IMG/VR virus record: IMGVR_UViG_3300017917_001940
Span: 1 to 64,000 of that record
Origin: a virus
Strand: one strand, 5' to 3'
DNA length: 64,000 nt
Below, piece after piece: positions 18,578 to 27,610 of the stretch. How positions within the stretch are numbered: position 1 is the first letter of the stretch; each line of letters starts with the position of its first letter. Made by a program: the position numbers and the translations under genes. A model generated the notes under the pieces. The model searched no databases, had not been told where the DNA came from, and saw only the letters and a list, made by a program, of their open reading frames with translations.

Positions 18578-19333
18578 ATGAAATATAATATAGAAAAATC
18601 TTGCCCTTATTGTAACAAGACATTTATCACCCGTCCTCGATATGTAACATATTGCTCCTCGTATTGTAAAAACCCCAACAATAGACCCGGTCATACTCCA
18701 TGGAACAAAGGTATAAAGTTATCTGAAGAACAAAAGGCTAAACAAAATACTAGCGGGCTCAAAAAGGGGCATGGATGGAATAAAGGACTTCCAAATCCAG
18801 CCGCACGTGAAAGAATGACAGGAGAAAAAAATCCAAACTGGAATGGCGGGGTTAACAAACAACGACAGAAAGATGGATCTTTGTCTCGCCCAGGTGAATT
18901 AAACGGTATGTACGGACGCAATCATTCCGAAGAATCTAAAGAAAAAATAAGGTTAGCAAAATTAAAGAATTATGAAGATGGTATCTACAAATCAAAATCA
19001 GCCGGAGAATGTGAACTGGCAGAACACCTCATGAGGCAGTTTCCAGATTTAGTTTGGCAATATATTATACCAAATTACTATAGGGTTTATGATTTTTATA
19101 TCCCGTCTTTGAATTTAATAATTGAATACGATGGCGACTATTGGCATCGAGAGGAAAAGTACCATAATAAGGATTACAAAGACACAACTTACGCAATTAA
19201 AGAAGGTTATCAAATATTTCGGTATTGGGAATCGACAATTAAAGAAATAGGAGTTGACAATATCCTAGAGGATATTGTAAAATTAGAAGGTAAGCATCAA
19301 CGAATAATAAAGGAGGATGTTTATGTCATATAG
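18578..19333 (+). mobile_element. Free-standing homing-endonuclease-like gene (NUMOD3 repeats + PD-(D/E)XK/Vsr-like domain)
   Basis: CPYC..CSSYC finger, TPWNKG/GWNKG, GRNHSEESKEKI NUMOD3-like, YDFY..IIEYDGDYWH, FRYWE. Confidence 0.7.
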
Positions 19334-19706
19334 TGAAAAAGTACTAGAACATTATGAAAATCCCAGAAATGTTGGATCGTTTGATAAAAACGACGCTGGG
19401 GTGGGCGTAGGATTAGTCGGGGCCCCTTCGTGCGGAGATGTTCTTAAGTTAAGTATTAAAGTTGAAGATGGAGTAATCACAGATGCGAAATTTAAAACCT
19501 ACGGCTGCGGATCGGCTATTGCGAGCTCGTCACTCGTTACCGAATGGGTCAAGGGCAAGACGCTTGACCAGGCAAGCACAATTAAGAACAGCGATATTGC
19601 TCAAGAACTGGCGCTCCCCCCTGTTAAAATCCACTGTAGCATCCTCGCTGAGTCAGCAATATCGGCGGCAATCGAAGATTACAAAAAGAAACAAAACCTA
19701 ACATAG
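19323..19706 (+). CDS. iscU: Fe-S cluster scaffold IscU (start re-called to MSYSEKV)
   Basis: HYENPRNVG, GAPSCGD, YGCGSA, LPPVKIHC with all three Cys. Confidence 0.95.
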   Translation: MSYSEKVLEHYENPRNVGSFDKNDAGVGVGLVGAPSCGDVLKLSIKVEDGVITDAKFKTYGCGSAIASSSLVTEWVKGKTLDQASTIKNSDIAQELALPPVKIHCSILAESAISAAIEDYKKKQNLT

Positions 19707-19802
19707 AACAAATAAGAGCGTGTTGATTATTTGACTAGTCTGGGGTATACTGTTACAATAGTATGGGAAGATAATCTTAAGGAATTTATAAAGACATTAT
19801 GA
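19707..19802 (+). pseudogene. Remnant C-terminus of a Vsr-like endonuclease
   Basis: Frame of iscU continues past TAG and TAA as ERVDYLTSLGYTVTIVWEDNLKEFIKTL*; no start codon. Confidence 0.5.
19731..19759 (+). promoter_or_regulatory. sigma70 promoter for iscA
   Basis: TTGACT-17nt-TACAAT with extended TG. Confidence 0.65.
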
Positions 19803-20119
19803 TACAAGTAACTGAAGCCGCCGCTAAAAAGATCAAGCAACAACTAACCAAGCGTGGCTCGGGTATAGGTATTCGTGTGGGTGTTCGAACCACAGGTTGC
19901 TCTGGCTTGGCTTATGTGCTAGAATATGTTGACGAACTAGATGTCGGCGACGATGCTGAATTGTTCGATGGATTTAGTGTGGTCGTTAACAAGAAGGATC
20001 AACCTTATCTTGCAGGCATGGAAGTAGACTATGTACGTCAAGGTCTAAACGAAGGCTTTGAATTTAATAATCCCAACTCTAAAGATCAATGTGGTTGCGG
20101 AGAAAGTTTTAGAATTTGA
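19799..20119 (+). CDS. iscA: A-type Fe-S carrier IscA
   Basis: TTGCSG and CGCGESF motifs. Confidence 0.95.
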   Translation: MIQVTEAAAKKIKQQLTKRGSGIGIRVGVRTTGCSGLAYVLEYVDELDVGDDAELFDGFSVVVNKKDQPYLAGMEVDYVRQGLNEGFEFNNPNSKDQCGCGESFRI

Positions 20120-20550
20120 AAGAAAAACTAAAACAAGCGTACATGGACACAGCGAAGATATTTGCTGAACTAAGTCATGCTCGTCGCTTACACGTTGGTG
20201 CTATAGTAGTTAAAGATGATCGCATTATCAGCATTGGTTACAATGGCATGCCCGCAGGTTGGGACAACAACTGCGAAGATGAATTACACCAACCCATTGG
20301 ACGTGTAGACTTAAAAACAAAACCAGAGGTACTCCATGCAGAATCGAACGCAATTTCTAAACTTGCCCGTAGTCAAGAAAGCGGGCTTGGTGCTGATATC
20401 TTTATCACTCATGCTCCTTGTTTGGATTGTGCCAAGCTCATATATCAAAGTGGTATTAAGCGTGTTTATTTTGGCATGGCTTATCGAGATGATGCGGGCA
20501 TAAACTTTCTAACAAAGTCTGGACTAGAAGTAGAACATGTACAATCCTAA
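20116..20550 (+). CDS. dCMP deaminase
   Basis: SIGYNG, HAESNAI, PCLDC zinc motifs. Confidence 0.9.
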   Translation: MKEKLKQAYMDTAKIFAELSHARRLHVGAIVVKDDRIISIGYNGMPAGWDNNCEDELHQPIGRVDLKTKPEVLHAESNAISKLARSQESGLGADIFITHAPCLDCAKLIYQSGIKRVYFGMAYRDDAGINFLTKSGLEVEHVQS

Positions 20551-21253
20551 ATTTAACTATCAACCCATTCCCCGCGAGCAAGTCAACGGGCAAAGACTTT
20601 ATGCCACCCCTAGCGGACGTGTGCCCAGTGTGACTACCATACTAGACAAAACTAAACCCGAAGAGAAAAAGAAGGCCTTACAAGAGTGGCGTAATCGTGT
20701 GGGTGTAGAACGTGCTCAACAGATTACCACAGAAGCAGCTAATCGTGGCACTCGTATGCACAACTATCTAGAACACTATGTAAAAACAGGTGAGCGTAAA
20801 GAGCGTGGGACAAACCCTATGAGTTGGCCTAGTCATGTCATGGCCGATTGTGTTATTGAACAAGGGCTTGCTGACAAAGTTAATGAGTTTTGGGGAGTAG
20901 AAGTTCCGCTATATTTCCCTAGCATTTATGCCGGAACCACAGACGGATGTGGCATACACTTAAATGAAGAAGCCATACTAGACTACAAACAAACTAACAA
21001 GCCTAAAAAGCGTGAGTGGATTGAAGACTATTTCCTACAGCTTTGTGCGTATGCTGAAGCACACAATGAGCTACATGGTACAAACATTAAAAAAGGTGTG
21101 ATTTTAATGTGTGTTAAACCCGAAGTAGATGAAAACTTTAACATTGTTGTGCCACCTGAATATCAAGAATTTGTATTAGAAGGCGCACAGTTTGAGCTAT
21201 ATCGACAGTTGTGGTGGCAACGTGTAGAGCAGTATTATCTGCTAAATACGTAA
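20537..21253 (+). CDS. PD-(D/E)XK exonuclease
   Basis: PSVTTIL, GTRMH, AGTTDG, LDYKQT, QLCAYA. Confidence 0.8.
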   Translation: MYNPKFNYQPIPREQVNGQRLYATPSGRVPSVTTILDKTKPEEKKKALQEWRNRVGVERAQQITTEAANRGTRMHNYLEHYVKTGERKERGTNPMSWPSHVMADCVIEQGLADKVNEFWGVEVPLYFPSIYAGTTDGCGIHLNEEAILDYKQTNKPKKREWIEDYFLQLCAYAEAHNELHGTNIKKGVILMCVKPEVDENFNIVVPPEYQEFVLEGAQFELYRQLWWQRVEQYYLLNT

Positions 21254-21267
21254 TCGGAGAATAACAG

Positions 21268-22875
21268 ATGGCTATCGTACAAATATCAAGAATTACCCAC
21301 CGTAAAGGGTTACAAGAGAACTTACCACAACTAGCTGGTGCTGAATTAGGCTGGAGTATAGATGAACGACGTTTGTTTATTGGTAATGGTACACTTGAAG
21401 AAGGTGCTCCTGTAATTGGTAATACCGAAATTCTTACAGAATTTAGTGATATATTAGCGTTTCAAACCAATTATACCTACAAAGGACAAGCCGCTGGATA
21501 TACCGTGCAAACTGGAGTTACACCCGGAACTCCTATAACACAAAGTTTACAATCATGGTTAGATCAGTTTGCCACAGTTAAAGACTTTGGCGCAACCGGT
21601 GATGGTGTAACTGATGACACCGCGGCAATTAATCGTGCATTGTATCAATTGTATTGTCGAGAAGTAAATCCTCAAATCCGTCGTGGATTATTTTTCCCAG
21701 CTGGTGTTTATCGAGTTACTGAAACAATATTAATACCACCATATGCTTATTTGTATGGTGAAGGAACCGACAGTTCAATTATTCGTTTAGAAGATGGCAG
21801 TGCTGTTGATTATGTTGCACAAACTTGCGACAGCCAAGCTCAAACTGGTGTGAATATAGGTAACGGTGGTGCAATAACACCAACACAAGTGACCATTGCT
21901 AATATGGCATTTGAAACAATGGATAATAATGCCGATGTCTTTTTAGTTGAAGATGCGACTGATTTTATTTTTACTAATGTGAGTTTTATTGGACCTCGCA
22001 CCACAGCCAATTTAACAACAGATTCAAATCCTATCACAGGTGTAGCATTTGCCAGTACGGTCAGCTTGGTTACCACAAACATTGTATTTGACGAATGTTT
22101 ATTTTCTGGATTGACTTATGGTATCGCAACCAACGTCAACTCAAGAGCCGTTACAGTTTCTAGCAGTAAGTTTGACACACTATATCAGGGCGTGTTGCTC
22201 AATGGTACCAATCCAAACAGTTTGGCATATTCTGGCCCGAGCGGTTATAAATTTGTGCAAAATATATTTGACAATATCTATGCTGAAGGTATTAGTTTTT
22301 TAAATGTTAACCTCAATGCTACCGGATATAATATTTTTTATGATGTAGGCAACCACTTTGGTGGTATTACCAATCCATATACAGCATGTCTTAATTTTGA
22401 TAATAACAATAACGTTAGTATCGGAGATATGTATCAAAGACCCGATGATTATTCCGACGGTGAAGTTCTTGGTTCTAAGTGGCCGCGTGTTAATCTTAAT
22501 AACACAACTTCAATTGCTACAACCAATGGTTCTGAAATCAGAATGGGTAACTACGTTCGTAAATCTGGCTTAATCGCAACATTGATTAATAATGAAGCCA
22601 GTCCTATTACAGCGTTTACAGTTACAGACACAGCATTTTCTATTAACTACAAAATTACTCGAGACGTTACTATGCGAACTGGGGTGATCACTGTGGCTAA
22701 TGTTAATGGTACTGGTTCGTTGACCTGGACGGATGATTATGTAGAAAATGCTAGTACTGGTATTGTGTTATCTTTAACACAAAGCAGTGGCGTGGTAAGT
22801 ATAAAATATACCTCAACTAACACAGGCGTTGATGCTGAACTTACCTATTCTGTTACTTCTCTTAGTCTTACCTAA
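21268..22875 (+). CDS. Tail spike/fibre-like protein with pectate-lyase-type beta-helix
   Basis: N-terminal GAELGWSIDERRLFIGNG; VKDFGATGDGVTDDTAAINRA, FFPAGVY beta-helix start. Confidence 0.7.
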   Translation: MAIVQISRITHRKGLQENLPQLAGAELGWSIDERRLFIGNGTLEEGAPVIGNTEILTEFSDILAFQTNYTYKGQAAGYTVQTGVTPGTPITQSLQSWLDQFATVKDFGATGDGVTDDTAAINRALYQLYCREVNPQIRRGLFFPAGVYRVTETILIPPYAYLYGEGTDSSIIRLEDGSAVDYVAQTCDSQAQTGVNIGNGGAITPTQVTIANMAFETMDNNADVFLVEDATDFIFTNVSFIGPRTTANLTTDSNPITGVAFASTVSLVTTNIVFDECLFSGLTYGIATNVNSRAVTVSSSKFDTLYQGVLLNGTNPNSLAYSGPSGYKFVQNIFDNIYAEGISFLNVNLNATGYNIFYDVGNHFGGITNPYTACLNFDNNNNVSIGDMYQRPDDYSDGEVLGSKWPRVNLNNTTSIATTNGSEIRMGNYVRKSGLIATLINNEASPITAFTVTDTAFSINYKITRDVTMRTGVITVANVNGTGSLTWTDDYVENASTGIVLSLTQSSGVVSIKYTSTNTGVDAELTYSVTSLSLT

Positions 22876-23300
22876 TGTGGATTAATATTTTTGAAGACAG
22901 GCTTAAAGCCTGGAATGATCTACGTTCAAAAATTTTGGATGCAGATACCGAAACTGCTCTGCAAAACATCAATGAGTGGTGGTTTGATGCCCCATGGAAA
23001 CCATATTACTTACATTGGGATGATATTCGAGAATGGCCAGATCCCTGGCAACTTTTGAGCGATAACTGGTATTGTGATCTTGCTCGCGCACTAGGAATAC
23101 TGTATACTATCAGTTTGTTAGATCGTGCAGATTTAGGCGATGCAAGGCTGGTTTTGACGGAAGATGGCAGTAATTTAGTCCTAGTTGCAAAAGAAAAATA
23201 TATACTTAATTGGGACAGAGATTCAATCGTAAATACCAACCAAGCAGTAAAAATCAAACGGCAGTACACACAAGAAGAAGTAAAAAAGCAATATCTATAA
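22875..23300 (+). CDS. Hypothetical protein
   Basis: TAATG-coupled ORF. Confidence 0.6.
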   Translation: MWINIFEDRLKAWNDLRSKILDADTETALQNINEWWFDAPWKPYYLHWDDIREWPDPWQLLSDNWYCDLARALGILYTISLLDRADLGDARLVLTEDGSNLVLVAKEKYILNWDRDSIVNTNQAVKIKRQYTQEEVKKQYL

Positions 23301-23316
23301 CTTAAACGAGTAACGA

Positions 23317-24792
23317 ATGACGCAGATAACAGTAGTTAAACGAAGCGGAGCCCGTGAGCCTCTGCACATTGAGAAATGGCAAGCGCAAGTAGCCAAGGTT
23401 TGCCAGGGCATCGCAGACGTAAGTCAGTCGATGATCGAAATCAAAGCACAGCTACATTTTTACGATGGAATTACCACTCAAGAAATTGATGGTATTACCC
23501 TACGTGCTATCGTAGATCTCATTGACGTAGAACAAAATCCTGACGTAGGACATACCAACTATCAATACGTAGCAGGCAAACAACGCTTGAGCATGTTACG
23601 CAAAGACGTTTATGGTGATTACACTCCTCCACCATTGTACGAAATTATCAAGAAGAATGTAGGCGTGGGTCTTTATTCCTCTGAACTCCTCGAGTGGTAC
23701 ACTGAAGAAGAGTGGAACAAGATGGACGAGATTATTGATCATGAAAAAGATGAGCAATATTCATATGCGGCCATTGAGCAGTTGATTGAAAAGTATTTGG
23801 TACGCAATCGTGCTACAAAGGAAATTTATGAAACTCCACAAGTGCGTTACATGGTGGCAGCCGCTACTGTGTTTCACAAAGAAGAACCTGCATCCGCTCG
23901 TTTACGTTATATTAAAGAATATTACAACTGTGCTAGTGATGGCTTGTTTACTTTGGCTACTCCTGTCCTGGCCGGACTTGGAACTCCAACTAAGCAATTT
24001 AGTAGTTGCGTTCTTATACGTAGTGATGATGATTTGGATAGCATTTTTGCCAGTGGAGAAATGATGGCCAAGTATGCCAGCAAACGTGCAGGCATTGGTT
24101 TGGAAATTGGTCGCTTACGTCCACTAGGATCACCTATTCGTGGTGGCGAGATCATGCACACAGGTATGATCCCATTCCTTAAGAAGTGGTTTGGTGACTT
24201 GCGCTCTTGTTCACAAGGAGGTATTCGTAATGCTAGTGCTACTGTGTTTTATCCTATTTGGCATCATCAGTTTGACGATCTTATCGTGCTCAAGAACAAC
24301 CAAGGAACAGAAGAGACACGAGTACGTCACATGGACTACGGCGTGGTCTTATCCGCATTGTTTTGGCGCAGATTTAAGAACAAAGAAAACATAACATTCT
24401 TTGATCCAAACGAAGTACCAGATTTGTTTGAAGCGTTCTATAGCAATACAGAACTGTTTGAAGACTTGTATAAGAAATATGAAAAGCGCAGTGACTTGCG
24501 TAAGAAAGTAATGACTGCTGAAGAAGTATTCAAAGGTGGCATACTTAAAGAGCGTACAGACACAGGACGCATTTATCTTGTGTATATCGATAATGTGATG
24601 AATCAAGGACCGTTTGATCCAGAGTACCACACAATCTATCAGTCAAATTTGTGCCTGGAGATTTTGCTTCCGACCAAGCCGTTTAAGAAACTTGACCCTG
24701 AAAGAAAACTAATCAGAGTTAAGAAAACAGATGTTGAGAAGTTTATGGCGAATAAATCAAACGACATTGTATCAATAAGGAAGATAAAATAG
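23317..24792 (+). CDS. nrdA: Ribonucleotide reductase class Ia alpha subunit, N-terminal piece
   Basis: ATP cone VVKRSG, QFSSC, QSNLCLEI catalytic motif, then a 31-aa non-RNR tail and TAG. Confidence 0.95.
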   Translation: MTQITVVKRSGAREPLHIEKWQAQVAKVCQGIADVSQSMIEIKAQLHFYDGITTQEIDGITLRAIVDLIDVEQNPDVGHTNYQYVAGKQRLSMLRKDVYGDYTPPPLYEIIKKNVGVGLYSSELLEWYTEEEWNKMDEIIDHEKDEQYSYAAIEQLIEKYLVRNRATKEIYETPQVRYMVAAATVFHKEEPASARLRYIKEYYNCASDGLFTLATPVLAGLGTPTKQFSSCVLIRSDDDLDSIFASGEMMAKYASKRAGIGLEIGRLRPLGSPIRGGEIMHTGMIPFLKKWFGDLRSCSQGGIRNASATVFYPIWHHQFDDLIVLKNNQGTEETRVRHMDYGVVLSALFWRRFKNKENITFFDPNEVPDLFEAFYSNTELFEDLYKKYEKRSDLRKKVMTAEEVFKGGILKERTDTGRIYLVYIDNVMNQGPFDPEYHTIYQSNLCLEILLPTKPFKKLDPERKLIRVKKTDVEKFMANKSNDIVSIRKIK

Positions 24793-24813
24793 TAGGTAAT
24801 AGTATTTCAGTCA

Positions 24814-24829
24814 TAAATAAGTGTAGGAG
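24814..24829 (+). promoter_or_regulatory. Late promoter box and SD for the GIY-YIG gene
   Basis: ATAAATA followed by AGGAG in the 43-nt gap after nrdA-N. Confidence 0.55.
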
Positions 24830-24835
24830 AATAAT

Positions 24836-25600
24836 ATGAAATACATTGTTTATTGTCATACACTTAATGGTAAGAAGTATGTAGGCTACACTAAGAAGAC
24901 TATGGTAGAACGGTTAGAAGAACATATCAAAGGAGCATTAGAAGGGTCAGAAAGACACTTCCATCGTGCTATTCGTAAATATGGTGTAGAGAACATAGTA
25001 TCTGAACAGTTATGCGAAACTACTACTAAACAAGCGGCTAAGCGTAAAGAGCGTTATTATGTTAAGCAGTTCGATACATTTAAAAACGGCTACAATATGA
25101 CGCACGGTGGAGATGGTGGTAATACTACTGAGAAGTATTCGGACGAAGAAATGAAAGATTTAAGTAATCGTAGGTCAATGCTACAATCGGGTATGAAAAA
25201 TAGTCGTGCTAAACCCGATATTACTAAACAGATGATAGTAGATGCTGTAGTAAAGTATGCAATTGAGAATAACAAGAGCGGCAACTACATTCTGCGTAAA
25301 GAGATGGACGATGCTCTCAAGCAGGAGTTAGATGTTAGTGTTATGATTATGAAGCAGAGATTTACTAACGGCAGAACAGAACTGTTAGAAGAAGTAAATG
25401 CTAAACTGAGTAAGGCGGGATTAGCGGAAGTAAAGTATGACCCTTACTACAGAAGTGAAGAACAGCGTAAGCAACTATCCTCTGCGACTTCGAGTCATAG
25501 ATGGGTGACAAACGGTGTTAAGAATGTTAAACTTAACGCTGAAGATTTAGAAAAGTTCCTACAAGAGAACAAGACATACAAACAAGGTAGAACATTATGA
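24836..25600 (+). mobile_element. GIY-YIG homing endonuclease inserted in nrdA
   Basis: YIVYCH..YVGYT, FHRAIRKYG, E...GYNMTHGG; C-terminal RWVTNG. Confidence 0.85.
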
Positions 25601-25893
25601 AAACATTAAGAGAGATGATTGATATCGTAGAAGGCCAAAAAGAGCCGTTAGCACAAGTCGGCGACACAGTGGTCTATCACGACTTTACCGGATTTAAGCA
25701 AAAGAAATCAGTTGTTGTATCTATTCACAAAAGAGATTGGGGTTATCAATATCATCTGAAAAATGATGATATCTTAGATGATCTTAGCTTCGAAGAACCC
25801 GGCGGAGCAGAAGTGATCCACAATGAACTCGAAGAAGAAATAACTCCTGAAGCAATAGAAAAAGTAGAATCACTCTACAAGGACAATAAATGA
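25597..25893 (+). CDS. Small acidic protein with capsid-targeting-like N-terminus (passenger in nrdA insertion)
   Basis: MKTLREMIDIVE; ATGA overlaps on both sides. Confidence 0.55.
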   Translation: MKTLREMIDIVEGQKEPLAQVGDTVVYHDFTGFKQKKSVVVSIHKRDWGYQYHLKNDDILDDLSFEEPGGAEVIHNELEEEITPEAIEKVESLYKDNK

Positions 25894-26921
25894 ATCAGCA
25901 AGTGACCTACTATGAAGTAATCGACCAGTTACCCGAAGAGTTAGACGACGAATACGAATACTACGAAATCGATGAAGCCGAAGGTCGTATTGCACTTTGC
26001 ACATTAGGATCGATCAACTGGGGTGCATTCCGTAACCCAGAAGACATGCGTCGTGCTTGCCGCATACTACAGCGTAGTCTATGTAATATATTAGATTACC
26101 AAGATTTCTTAAGTATTCAATCAAAATTATCAAACGAAGAAATTCAACCACTAGGTATTGGTGTGACTAACTTGGCTTATTGGCATGCTAAACGAGGCAT
26201 GAAGTATGGTGAAGCAGATGCACTAGCAGAAGTAAAGAGCTGGATGGAACACCAGGCTTATTATCTTACTGAAGCAACTGTGGAATTGGCCAAAGAACGT
26301 GGCCCATGTAAAGACAGTGCCAAGACCTGGTATGGTAAAGGAATATTTCCTTGGGAGCGACGTGCTCCGGGTGTAAATGAACTAGCAGATTTTACCCCTG
26401 AGCTAGATTGGAACAGCTTGCGAGAATCCATGCAAACGTACGGTGTAAGGAACGCAACGCTGATGGCCATCGCCCCAGTGGAAAGCTCTAGCGTGGTAAT
26501 CAACTCAACTAATGGTATTGAAATGCCTATGAGTTTGATTACAGTTAAAGAATCTAAAGCAGGTTCATTAACACAAGTAGTTCCTGAGTATCACAAGCTC
26601 AAGAACAAATATCAACTCATGTGGGACCAACCTAACTGTGAAGGATACATTAAAACTGCCGCAGTGTTAGCCGCTTATGTTGACCAAAGCATAAGTACTA
26701 ATACATTCTATTCGCCAAAGCATTTTAAGGACAGAAAAGTGCCTACTACTTTAATTGCTAAGAATTTAATGTTAGCCCACTATTGGGGTCTAAAAACCTT
26801 TTATTACAGTCTAATGGATAAGCAAGGTAGTAAAGGGTTTGACGAAACACCAAAGGTCATTACAACTCATGAAGAAGATAGTGATTTGTTAGAAGAAGAT
26901 TGTATCGCTTGTAAGCTATAA
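25890..26921 (+). CDS. nrdA: Ribonucleotide reductase class Ia alpha subunit, C-terminal piece
   Basis: IALCTLG, IGVTNLA, AIAPVESS, KTFYY, terminal CIAC. Confidence 0.95.
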   Translation: MNQQVTYYEVIDQLPEELDDEYEYYEIDEAEGRIALCTLGSINWGAFRNPEDMRRACRILQRSLCNILDYQDFLSIQSKLSNEEIQPLGIGVTNLAYWHAKRGMKYGEADALAEVKSWMEHQAYYLTEATVELAKERGPCKDSAKTWYGKGIFPWERRAPGVNELADFTPELDWNSLRESMQTYGVRNATLMAIAPVESSSVVINSTNGIEMPMSLITVKESKAGSLTQVVPEYHKLKNKYQLMWDQPNCEGYIKTAAVLAAYVDQSISTNTFYSPKHFKDRKVPTTLIAKNLMLAHYWGLKTFYYSLMDKQGSKGFDETPKVITTHEEDSDLLEEDCIACKL

Positions 26922-27610
26922 TGGATTATCAAAAAATATACAACAATTTAATAGATCGTGCTAGAAGCAGGATTGGCGTAGGATATGTTGAAAAACATCA
27001 TATCCTACCTCGTTGCCTTGGCGGTACTGATGCTAAAGAAAATATTGTAAGTCTGTATCCCGAAGAACACTATCTTTCTCATTTGTTGTTATGTAAAATC
27101 TATACAGGAAATCAAAAGTTATTATATGCCACAATGAATATGACTACTGGGTCGATGAGTAATAACGGTAAAAGAAACAATAAAGCATACGGCTGGCTTC
27201 GAAGACAATACGCAGAATCAATGTCAGGCGATAAAAATCCTGCTCGGCAAAATCCTAACTTACAAAAAGAAGCCTCTAAGAAAAGAGTAGGACAAAAGCG
27301 CACAGAAGAAACAAAGGCACGAATGTCAGCGGCACAAAAAGGTCGAACATTTACAGAAGAAACAAAAAAGAAAATGTCACTGGCTGCAAAAAATAAACCT
27401 CCGGTTAGTGAAGAAACAAGAGCAAAATTATCTGAAAAATCTAAAGGTCGAGTTGGCCCGTGGACAGGTAAAACAATGACATTAGAAACCAAAGCAAAAA
27501 TGTCAGCATCTCACAAAGGTAAAAAGATGTCAGACGAGTCAAAGGCAAAAATGAGAATCGCGGCAAAGATTAGAGAAGAAAATAAACGTAAACAAAGAGA
27601 ATTAATATAA
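26921..27610 (+). mobile_element. MobE-like HNH homing endonuclease with NUMOD3 repeats
   Basis: MDYQKIYNNLI..EKHHILPRCLGG..EEHYLSHLLL resembles T4 MobE; RTEETKARMS repeats; sits between nrdA and nrdB. Confidence 0.85.

Noticed and set aside
24697-25982. Group I intron interrupting nrdA
   Set aside because: The interval is almost fully occupied by ORFs (only a 43-nt gap), I could find no P7/R-S core elements, and the C-piece has its own SD and ATG. RT-PCR would be needed to exclude it fully.
24697-25982. Split intein joining the nrdA halves
   Set aside because: The tails are about 30 aa, do not begin with Cys/Ser at the junction and lack the terminal His-Asn followed by Cys/Ser/Thr.
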